A DNA stretch of 64,000 nucleotides, taken from NCBI GenBank assembly GCA_024137785.1, contig JAHRHZ010000062.1, positions 27,142,244 to 27,206,243 of the forward strand, in the 5' to 3' direction. The stretch comes from Ginglymostoma cirratum. Taxonomy: Eukaryota. The notes beneath the pieces were generated by a model that saw only the letters and a list, made by a program, of their open reading frames with translations, was not told the origin of the DNA and made no database searches. Positions 54,672 to 64,000 of the stretch are shown here, piece by piece (the stretch's first letter is position 1; each line of letters starts with the position of its first letter). The translations under genes were made by a program, and so were the position numbers.

Positions 54672-55668
54672 TCAGAAAATGCTGGAGAAACTCAGCAGGA
54701 CCCTTCTTCAGAAATGGGGGAGGAGGAAGGGAGCTCTGAAATAAATAGAGAGAGGACGGGTTGGGCTGGGGAAGGTAGGTGAGATGGGATAGGTGAGTGC
54801 AGGTAGGCGGTGGTGGGGATTGGTCAGTGAGGTAGGAGGAGCGGATAGGTTGGAGAGAAGATATAAGTCAAGGTGGCGGGGATGAGATGGAGGGTTGGTC
54901 ATGGGATGAGGCCAGGGGTGGGGAGATTTTAAAACTGGTGATGTCCACATTGAGACCGTTGTGTTGTAGGCTCCCAAGGTGGAATATGAGGTGCTGCTCC
55001 TCCAGTTTCCAGGTGGCATTGTTGTGACACCGGAGAAGGCCCAAGATGGACATGTCGTACAGGGAGTGGGAGGGGGAGTTGAAGTGATTCGCGACTGGAA
55101 AGTGTTGTTGTTTGTCGCGAACAGAGCGGAAGTGCTCTACAAAGCAGTGTCCGAGCCTCTGCTTGGTGTCACTGATGTAGAAGAGGCCACATCGGGAGCA
55201 GCGGACACAGTAGCCACATTGGGAGCAGTGGATGTAGCACCACTCCCTACCTGCACTCCCCTTTCACCATCCCACCTAACTTGCCCAGTCCCACCCCTCC
55301 TGTATCTATTTATTTAACAGCTCCCTTCCCCCTCCCCCATTTCTGAAGAAGGGTCCCAACCCGAGAAATGTTAGCTTTCCTGCTCCTCTGATGCTGCCTG
55401 ACCTGCTGTGCTCCTCCAGCTCCACATTGTATTATCTCTGACTCCAGCATCGACAGTTCTTACTATCTCTGAGAAACTCAGCAGGCCTGGCAGTGTGTGT
55501 GGAGAGAAAGAGAGTTAATGTTTTGAGTCTTCAGAACTGAAGAAGAGTCATTGTGTATTGAGACAACTTTGTTTCTCTCTTCGCCCATGCTACGAGAACA
55601 GCTGAACTTTTCCAGCATTTTCTGCATTTGTTTCAGATTTCTGGCATCTGCAGTATTTTGCATTTATA
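54672..55668. mobile_element. PLE with inverted 5' segment (54700-55470) inserted into an older fold-back PLE terminal repeat
   Basis: 15-bp direct repeat GAGAAACTCAGCAGG at 54685-54699 and 55471-55485. Minus-strand GIY-YIG tail (MSILGLLRCHNNATWKLEEQHLIFHLGSLQ) followed by a plus-strand terminal repeat. Confidence 0.85.
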
Positions 55669-55784
55669 AAATTTGCTGTTTATTTGAGATACTGGTTCCC
55701 TGAAATACAGTTCATTTGCAGTTTACTCCATTGTTTTCCATCCCAATATGTGAAACGTCCGAAAAGGTGTAAATCAATCAGGAG

Positions 55785-56394
55785 ACACATATCTAGGTTG
55801 TATCAGAGATAAAAGGTACTGCAGATGCTGGAGAATCCGAGATAACAAGGCGTGGGGCTGGATGAACACAGCAGGCNNNNNNNNNNNNNNNNNNNNNNNN
55901 NNNNNNNNNNNNNNNNNNNNNNNNNNNNNNNNNNNNNNNNNNNNNNNNNNNNNNNNNNNNNNNNNNNNNNNNNNNNNNNNNNNNNNNNNNNNNNNNNNNN
56001 NNNNNNNNNNNNNNNNNNNNNNNNNNNNNNNNNNNNNNNNNNNNNNNNNNNNNNNNNNNNNNNNNNNNNNNNNNNNNNNNNNNNNNNNNNNNNNNNNNNN
56101 NNNNNNNNNNNNNNNNNNNNNNNNNNNNNNNNNNNNNNNNNNNNNNNNNNNNNNNNNNNNNNNNNNNNNNNNNNNNNNNNNNNNNNNNNNNNNNNNNNNN
56201 NNNNNNNNNNNNNNNNNNNNNNNNNNNNNNNNNNNNNNNNNNNNNNNNNNNNNNNNNNNNNNNNNNNNNNNNNNNNGGGCCTAGACCCTGATGAAGGGTC
56301 TAGGCCCGAAACGTCAAGTTTTCCTGCTCCTATGATGCTGCTTGGCCTGCTGTGTTCATCCAGCCCCACGCCTTGTTATCACACATATCTAGGT
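55785..56394. mobile_element. Young fold-back PLE terminal-repeat insertion spanning a 400-N assembly gap (55877-56276)
   Basis: 14-bp direct repeat ACACATATCTAGGT at 55785-55798 and 56381-56394. The sequenced parts of the arms are exact reverse complements. Confidence 0.88.
56288..56319 (+). ncRNA. Minimal hammerhead ribozyme core in PLE terminal repeat
   Basis: CUGAUGA-A-GGGUC(UA)GGCCC-GAAA-CGUC. The same core, with substitutions, occurs at 43580, 49682, 46018, 55343, 60507 and on the minus strand at ~3198-3233 and ~15324-15347. Confidence 0.65.
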
Positions 56395-56859
56395 GACTGG
56401 TTCCAGTTATTTTAATGACATGTTATTTTAAGTTCACACTGAGACCTGCTCATTGATTGTTTCATGAACTGACTTAACTGGTGGTCAGGTGATCACTGTG
56501 GCCCCCTTACGTCAGTGTTTTCCTTTTTTAAAAATGTTTAGTCCATGAAAGATCCATGTGTTGAAAATTGGATATTGTGTGTTGAAAATTTATCGTCTAT
56601 TTTTACTACTATCATAACAATAGTATTGAATTACATGCCTACAGGGCACCTGGAGTCAAAGGGATGAATCATTATGAAAATTATTGGGTCCTGGTTCTTG
56701 CAATCTCTACATAGGTATGCATGTAGAAACTGTAGCTTAGGATAGTAAATGAAATTTCCAATATAAAAGAAAGCAAGAGATAAATTGGGAGATTAGAAGC
56801 AAGTTCACTTAACGTTCATAATGGGAAAAATGGTTGAAAGAATTTTATGAGGTGCTATC

Positions 56860-57330
56860 AATGTTCATGTAAAGAATAAAGGAGCAATAAGAAATAGTCA
56901 TCATGAATTTGGTGGCAATACTTCATGCCCCACAAACTCACTGGAATTCTTTGAGCAGGTAACTGAATGAGTAGGTGCACTTTGCTGGATTTTCTAAAGG
57001 CATATTGATGAAGTTCTACACACTCTACTTTCAAAAATGGTTGGGGCTTATTGAATTAATGGCAAATTAACTTGCTGGGTTGAAAGCTGTCTTGGCATAG
57101 GCATTAGAAACTGATGATGAATGGTGGGGAAAAATAGCTGCCATGGGATTTATTTTGCAGAATAATACAGATTCAGCTAACACCTCACAGGACAATATCT
57201 TGTAACCAAATAAAATGAATGTTATTTTTCACTTTGAAACATTCCATGATTAAGCCACAAAGCACAACAGCTAGAAGAGGCAAAGTTTGTATGCCTATTT
57301 AGATGAGGGTTGTTAGTTCTGTGGAGTGGA
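56860..57330 (+). mobile_element. Decayed CR1 RT relic
   Basis: aatagtcatcatgaattt...acaaactcactggaattctttgagcaggtaact...ctggattttctaaaggca reads approximately SQHGF..TNLLEFFE.VT..LDF.KA. Confidence 0.6.
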
Positions 57331-57743
57331 ACATTTTTGATTTGTGCTTTCAATAATGGGAAGACGTCCTTCAGCTCTAGTAAACCCACTCTACTCTGTC
57401 AAAGCATTCTGCTTTAAACTTACTACACCGAGTGTTCTGTTTCATATCAACAGCCATGTGATTGTCTATTTAGTGCAAACTAAAGGCTGCTCTGCTTTGT
57501 GGGCCTTTGAACTTATGATTCACATGTGGCCAAATGGAATAAAAGTTTTGGCAATTATCAATGGAATTTGGGGAGTTGCTGTTTAGTAATTAATCGGTAA
57601 TAAATGTTGATTATGTTAGGACAATATACATGATATTCATTAGTACAGACGCCAATGAAATGTAGTTCCATGTAAGGACCAGCGTTGTTTCCTGAGCAGT
57701 GGTTCTGATTATTTTCATGTGATATGTTTTTTTTTCTCCACAG

Positions 57744-57833
57744 AATCATCTTGTGTTGAGAAGTTTCTCTCAAAGGACTGGAAAGAGAAGATGGCTGGAC
57801 TCAATACAGGGGAGATACTTGGTGAGATCAAAG
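57744..57833 (+). CDS. sox6: Internal coding exon of SoxD transcription factor SOX6 (segment just N-terminal to the coiled coil)
   Basis: Acceptor tttttttttctccacag and donor AAG|gtatgt; 90 nt, phase 1-1. Translation (E)[29 protein letters not shown](G) compared with recalled human SOX6 [31 protein letters not shown]; SOX5 and SOX13 match less well. Confidence 0.9.
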
Positions 57834-57998
57834 GTATGTTGTCAATTTGAATTGATGCTTGACGCTCAGGGGCCAGTAATATTATGAGAAAAAAAAGTTC
57901 CAACGCTAAATAGAGAACAACTAGTGAAACTAATGTTAACTAAATTAATTTCATAGTAATTAGGGGGATTAGGCTTGAAATCCCTTATGGCAGATGGA

Positions 57999-58130
57999 TG
58001 CAGGGAAAGTTTTCACCCGAAACATCGACTTTCCTGCTGCTCTGATGGTGCCTGACCTGTTCTGTTCCTCCAGCAACACATTATATTGACTCTGACTCCA
58101 GCATCTGCAGTTCTTGCTATCTGCAGGGAA
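57999..58130 (+). mobile_element. Short PLE terminal-repeat insertion
   Basis: Direct repeat TGCAGGGAA (57999-58007, 58122-58130). The insert starts at ...cacccgaaacatcgactttcctgc. Confidence 0.8.
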
Positions 58131-58849
58131 TGCCTTCAATGCCTTATACAATAACATTTGTGTAAACTTGTGTTTTGTGCATGGTTAGACTTCTTTTTAC
58201 ATCCATAATAAACTTGAGTAGAATAATTTCACCATGACTGTGACTGAGTGCATAACCTTTGCATCAGGCTCACTCAGAGTACCTCATGTAGTGCCATATG
58301 TGTTATTGATTATTAATGCAGAGAATATTCCAGGATATACAATTATTGTTACAATAACACAAAGATTTTCTAATTTTGATATCCTGGACATGTTTTATAA
58401 TAATTTGTATTTTGTCCCAATGTCCAAACATCCCATTTTAATGCACAGTAGAAATTAGATGGAGGAAACAGAGATGAGTGTAAAATTCCTCTAACCTCCC
58501 AATCTCCCAGTCTATACATTTTTAGTGCACTGCTTTCAGTTTCTCAGTAATCACACCTAGGCTTGACTAGCAACACTTAGTAAAGAGTGAACAGATGTAC
58601 ATAATCAAACCATAAATTGAATGTTAAATCTTGCTACCCCTTGTATCTTAAATCAAGTCATCATAAACAACAAATATTTCTACATCTAGTCATGTCTTAA
58701 GAGTTCAGTGTCTTTTTTCTTCAAGTTTTTGAAATATGAAAGTTGTTGATCATGGCACTGAGATTTAGTAACTTGAGGTGTGGTTCTACATGATAAGCTC
58801 AATTATGCAGTTGATAACATATGGTCACTCATTGGAAACAGAATGTATC

Positions 58850-59384
58850 CTCACAATGCAGTCCTCAAAATTATCCTGGTCTATTCACTGTCAAATGTCT
58901 CGCATTCCAATTTGTGTTGTCATCTTACAGACAAACATTGGTACCAAGCAACCACTTGATCTACTTTGATGTGAGTTTATGTTCATGATTTAGCCTGTGA
59001 TACACACCCAATCTCCAATTCCCAATCATGGTTCCCTTGCATGTGTTCACTTGTTTAAGTATGCTTTTGCGTTATCTTGTTTTTTGATTTCATCTATTTT
59101 CACATCGACATTGTCTTCAGATAATATTGATGGTTGAAGGATGGTCATCACCATGCAGTCATGAATTTGGCTGGCGTCTTTTTAGTCACTGTGCCCGCTT
59201 TAGATCAATATTTGAAAAGAAGGATATGAATGGATTGTTCAAATGTTTTCCCCTCTGACATGCCACCTCTCAAGACTGTCTATGGTCACACTATTGATTC
59301 ATTCAAAGCAATAATTTGATTGCAGGTTATTTGCGGTGTTGTCTGGTGCCTCTTCAAACAAGTTGCAGGCAGCTCCGACCAGAA
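58850..59384 (-). pseudogene. Gypsy/Ty3 integrase, C-terminal half (decayed)
   Basis: Minus-strand pieces RHQTTP/NLQSN..E*INSV..DSL, SEGKTFEQSIHILLFKY*SKAGTVTKKTPAKFM, KQDNAKAYLNK*THAREP*LGIGDWV and WNARHL correspond to PQSNG.VERFN / LL.YR.TP..TG.SPAELM / GDWV / WNA motifs. Confidence 0.75.
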
Positions 59385-60944
59385 TGTTACCAATGAATGT
59401 GCCCAAGCGTCCCACGTTACCAAAGCGGTCAAATCAATCCGAACGCAAGCTGGTACCAAAGCAAAACTTCCCATTTTATTAGGAACAAAATTACAATCAT
59501 TTTTAGTACTAAACATACTATCCCTAATCCTATTTGGCCACTTACAGTTTCAATACTTCCTGAATTTCTTATAAATTTACACAGTTGCGCTCCCTGTGGC
59601 TCTATCTCTGAGTCTGTGAAGCTGCTTTCGCCCTCTGTCTCTCTGGATAGTCAGCTGGTCTCTACCTCTTGCCGTACTGGTGTCTTCAAAAGGCCTCCGA
59701 CGACTCCAAGAGTGGTTCTAAGAAAGAGGTCTGCAGTGAACTCCGTTTTTATATGTTTTAGATGGTTTTCTGGAACTTCCTGCATTTCTGACCAAGCAGG
59801 GAGATACCACTCTCCCCACAACTCCCTTGTCTGCTCCACAGTCCCCACTAACCCTATCACATCCAGTACCAGACCCTACAACAGCAGGGAGTGCTAAAAC
59901 CTACCCCTACATCTCCCCCATCACCTCCATTCAAAGCCCAAAGCAAACCTTTCATATCCAAGAGGGGTTCACCTGTACATCCATCAACTAGGTCTACTGT
60001 ATCTGCTGCTCCCGATGTAGCCTCCTCTACATTGGTGAGACCAAGTGTAGACTTGGAGACCATTTCATAGAGCATCTGCGCTCTGTACATGACAAACGAC
60101 AACGCCTTCTGATTGCCAACCATTTCAACTCCCCCTCCCACTCACTGGGTGAAATGTCCATCTTGGGCCTCCTCCAGTATCACAATGAAATCACCCGCAA
60201 ACTGGAGGAGCAACACCACATATTCTGCCTCGGGAGCCTACAGCCTGATGGTTTAAATTTGGAATTCACCGGTTTAAAATCTCCCCAATCCCGGCCCCAT
60301 CCTATGTCCAACCCTCCGTCTCATCCCCACCTCCTTAACCTGTCATAACCTGTCCATCTTCTCTACCACCTATCCATCCCACCCATTCCACTGACTAATC
60401 CCCACCACTCCCTACCTGCACTCACCTATTACCATCCCACCTACCTTCCCTGGCCCCACCCCTCCTCTGTCTATTTATTTCCCAGCTCCCTCGCACCTCC
60501 CTATTTCTGAAGAAGAGTCCTGACCGAAAAGTCAACTTTCCTGTTCCTCTGGTGCCGCCTGGCCCGCTGTGTTCCTCCAGCTCCACACTGGGTTGTCTCT
60601 AACACCAGCATCTGCAGTTCTTGCTATCTCATGGAGATACACTTCATAGTTTGTAACAAGAGTTAATCATTTAGATGGCATGTTACCATCTTTCTGTAGC
60701 AGAACCGGGTGCCTTTCTGTCTGGCTGTCCTTTGTTCAGTGGATAAGTTGTTGGGGGGGTCTGTGCAGACTAACTGTTGCCTTTTACATTAGGCGAATGT
60801 CATTAGCCCCTGACTGCTGTGTTTGCATTGTGTGTGATCTGTGGGTTTTGTGATTTCCGGGTTTCACTTGGCCAATGTACCCAGCATCCCTTGCTGTATA
60901 GCTAAGTTGGCAATCTGTGCTTTAGCACCCAGGAGGCTGCTACA
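59385..60944 (-). mobile_element. Retroviral-type LTR (~730 bp net), split by a PLE
   Basis: Starts TGTAG at 60944 immediately after polypurine tract AAAATGGGGGGAA (60957-60945). TATAAAA at 59753-59747, AATAAA at 59480-59475; ends ...GTAACA at 59385. Confidence 0.7.
59800..60640 (+). mobile_element. 5'-truncated PLE (GIY-YIG region plus terminal repeat)
   Basis: Colinear with 42770-43710 (VYCICCSRCSLLYIGETK; MSILGLLQYHNEITRKLEEQH). GGAGATAC is repeated at 59800-59807 and 60633-60640. Confidence 0.9.
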
Positions 60945-61099
60945 TTCCCCCCATTTTGCCCAGAAAAAAGCTAATGCAAATAAAGTTCAAACCTAATTAT
61001 GAAAGTTGGTTATGTTTGTTGTCAGGGGAGCCTACATGTCCATGTGGAAACCATTATGTACATTGGTCAAGCTTATCATATTAATATATGTACAAGAAA

Positions 61100-62270
61100 G
61101 AAAGTAAACTCCTTTTGCAACAATCCATACAGGATTATAGTGCATAGACAACATTAAGCAATCAGAACAAGTAAAAGTGATAATAGTACTCACCCCGGGA
61201 TTCTACCTTAAATTCCTATGTGCTGGAGCAGTATTATTCATAGTAAGTGTGCCAATCTCTTGGGATATTTGCCTTTCCCAGCATGCAGTCTTAACTGCCA
61301 GTATCCTGAGGTATAGAACGGTGATCGCAATTAAGACCACAACAAGATATGAGAGGAGCCACATTCATGGATGACAGGCTAGGGGTACAATGGCATGGCC
61401 TGCTTGTTCGTATTTACTTAAAAGTGGCCCTATCAATGTCCCCTGTCTTTCCACAGCATATAGAAGAGTGTCATGGTAACCCATCTAAATACCTTTTCTT
61501 TATAATTCTGATACTTTGACTTCAAGGGTCCTCAACCCAATTTTGTCACTAGAGATAATTAGAATCCCTAGCATCAAGCCCAGCGCCTGACCAAAAGTGT
61601 CCTTGCAGTTGTCATTATACCACACCTTAGTGAGTGAGCCACCATCGCTGACAACTAGAGATGTTAGTGTGAGTTCTCTCCTGGAACAGATTTTTAAGCT
61701 GTTCACAGTCAGTGTCATACAGTGCACATTACTGATCCAGAATGGGACTTGCCCTGGGCTACTCTGTCTGGGATCCTCCCTCAGCTATTCAATCATCCAG
61801 TTTCTGTAGCTGCTGCACAGGGTGCAGTTTTCCTGCTCATTGTCATCCCTGATTTTGCCCTGGATGATCTGCTTTATCATCTTGGCGTGACCCCCTAGTA
61901 TGATCACTTAGCAGTGGCTAGCCTGATTCTCCGTAGGTATCCTGTAATCTCTTATTGATTGTATTTAGTCCTTCTAGGGCTCATTTGACTTGTTGGTTCA
62001 AGATCCTGAGTTTATTTTCCAAAATAGCCAAATCAAGGGTATTGACCATTTGTCACCCCTGCCCCATATGCTGTGGCCAGATCATCAGACCCTTTTCTTT
62101 CCTCTATTAAAAGCAAAGGGTGTCCCATCTATACATACCATGATGTCTGGTGGGTTGTACCACCGGTATCCTGGGTACATAATTTTCCCTTGTTCCTGCG
62201 CGACACTTTTGGATACAGCCATTACAATAATATATAATACACAATAAATGCTCTGTAAGGGTTGCGTCAT
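61100..62270 (-). pseudogene. Decayed env-like (class I fusion glycoprotein) gene
   Basis: Signal-like IYCVLYIIVMAVS; basic cleavage site RGKKR; fusion-peptide-like DLATAYGAGV; heptad VNTLDLAILENKLRILNQQVK*ALEGLNTIN; CSSYRNW...GQVPFWISN; TM-like VLLSLLLVLIA*CCLCTIILYGLL. Several frameshifts and stops. Lies directly upstream of the PPT-LTR. Confidence 0.6.
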
Positions 62271-62274
62271 TGTT

Positions 62275-64000
62275 TTGGAGCAGTTGTTATCAAAGAATGC
62301 AAGTTCATTGCATACTCTTGTGTGGAACCAGTTCTTCCTTTAATTCTTAAGACCACTGAGTTTTAGGTACCGGCATTTTTGCAATATACTGTCTATTGCG
62401 AATTCATCCTTTAAACCCTCCTGTTTAAGAATAGGTACAGTTGTGTCTGAAATCACAGTTTCCAATAACCTCTCTATTGCTAATACTGTATGAGATAATA
62501 GTATGACTAAACATGATGGCTACTCAGCTGCACCACACTCTGAGATACCCAACCTCAAATTTGTACTGATGAAGATGATCTGCCATCTACAGATCTGCAG
62601 GGATCAAAGCCCTAATCCTGATGAACTAGTCAACACTTGTGACTGTTGCAGAGATTGAATTTTCTGCCATAAAGATATATGTGCCAATGTTCACAAGTAT
62701 AGGTGCAAGATAAGATCTCCCAATTTTCAGTAGCATATTTGCAATTTCCAGCAATGCTCATGATGTATATATAAATGATTGGTAATTTCCTTCCTTCAGT
62801 CCACGGTGAGAGTACAGCTCCTCTCACGTTTCTTAGTACATTTTTTGTGACATATGATTCAGAAGGTGGATTAGAATGTGTAAGGATTGACAGAGATACT
62901 GTCTTCACCTTTAACATGTCAATGATGTTTGCAGCGCATTTGCACATTCCAATTGCGCATCTTCACATAGTAACAATTGAAGTGACTAAGCAATCTTTGC
63001 ATTGGTATGATTGAATTTGTGAGGAGCTCTGTGGTACAATGGCAGTGCCCCACCTCTGAGCCAGGAGGTCTGGGTTCAAGTTGCGTAGTAACAGCGCTGA
63101 ACAGATTGATTAGAAAATGCATACAAAAAAAGAACAAATTTGTAATGAAAGTCAGTGGAACCAAGCAACAATGCCAACCCGTTCACTTTAGACAGGGTCA
63201 GAAGTGCATGAATAACTCAGATGTTGTCACCTCTAGCTGCCACTCCTGTTGCTGTCACTGTACCATGAGAAGTTAGTCTGGGATGCTGCAGATGTAGAGT
63301 GTTAAATTGCGTTCAAGTGAAGTGAGAACTGCTGATTGTGTGCTGCTTTGTCCTTTCCATGGACAAGGATGATATCCCATCAATATATGACAAGCATTTA
63401 GAAATGATCGTCTGAAATATGGTAGGTGTGAACTTAGTCTGTCAGTGATACTGCAGTACTGGAAAACACCTCTGTGAGTAACGAAAGCTGTAACATATCA
63501 ACTTGCTTCACTAGTGACGATTAAAGATCGTTTCATTGTATGTTGAGCTGTATGAAAACTAGTATATTCATGAGAATATGCTGATAATCCTTGGATCGTG
63601 TAAAATGGATAATATCTGCAACAATTGATTTGTTGACTGGCTGAAGGTTGACACATGGACTAAGTTTGTCAACTTATACACCCTGCAATGACTGGGTTCC
63701 AAACCCACAGTGGTAAATTGATTCACTCAATTTTTTGATCTACTTCAAGAAACTTGTGATATTGCAGTCCGTGATATTAGTGCCCACATCACAATTAGCG
63801 ACCATCTCAAAGTTTGCATAATTGGCGGAATTAATATGTCAATATAAGGTGAATAAACCGTTTAAACACCACCAATACAGGAAATAAAGGATCTTGTTGG
63901 CTTTAGAAAATGTCATGTAAATCATGACAGTGATCATGTAAATATACTAACCAGTCAAGTCTTCAAGTTTGAAGTAAAACCTATGAAAATGGTTTGTGTC
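62275..64000 (-). pseudogene. Gypsy/Ty3 pol relic: RT, RNase H and linker
   Basis: CVNLQPVNKSIVAD; YVTAFVTHRGVFQYC; DIILVHGKDKAAHNQ; ORF 62630-62947 GAVLS...KYATE..EIL.C...CEHWHIYLYGRKF.L..H; ICRW.DHLHQYKFEV.Y; RVCNELA. Confidence 0.85.
63014..63143 (+). mobile_element. Short tRNA-derived SINE inserted in the Gypsy pol
   Basis: gtggtacaatggcag (A-box-like) and ggttcaagt (B-box-like), A-rich tail, flanking AATTTGT duplication (63014-63020, 63137-63143). A related fragment lies at ~40520-40590. Confidence 0.65.

Noticed and set aside
55803-56415. Long ORFs in the ORF track
   Set aside because: Artefacts of translating the N gap.
59365-59384. TGG-starting sequence (ttcTGGTCGGAGCTGCC) right after the LTR end, as a possible primer-binding site implying a tandem or circle-derived provirus
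   Set aside because: I could not match it to any tRNA 3' end, and it runs directly into Gypsy integrase sequence.
1-64000. Intronic microRNA, tRNA or snoRNA genes
   Set aside because: No conserved mature miRNA or full cloverleaf recognised, and tRNA-like boxes all belong to SINE heads. A by-eye scan is not exhaustive.

Overview
AT-rich vertebrate genomic DNA. The repeat content (HE1-like V-SINE, HER1-like CR1 LINEs, many Penelope-like elements) points to a shark or other cartilaginous fish. Only one host coding exon is recognisable: a 90-nt phase-1/phase-1 exon at 57744-57833 (+) encoding [31 protein letters not shown], which matches the SOX6 segment just before its coiled coil. The window therefore appears to be almost entirely sox6 intron. 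The rest is CR1/L2 LINE relics, tRNA-derived SINEs and many Penelope-like element (PLE) copies, including one 393-codon RT-tail plus GIY-YIG ORF and many short terminal-repeat copies carrying minimal hammerhead-ribozyme cores. There is also a degenerate 60-bp tandem array (8.7-9.3 kb). The most unusual structure is at 58.7-64 kb on the minus strand: a decayed Gypsy pol interrupted by a retrovirus-like cassette (decayed env-like class I fusion gene, polypurine tract, TG...CA LTR), whose LTR is itself split by a PLE. All family assignments come from motif recognition by eye; no database searches were run.
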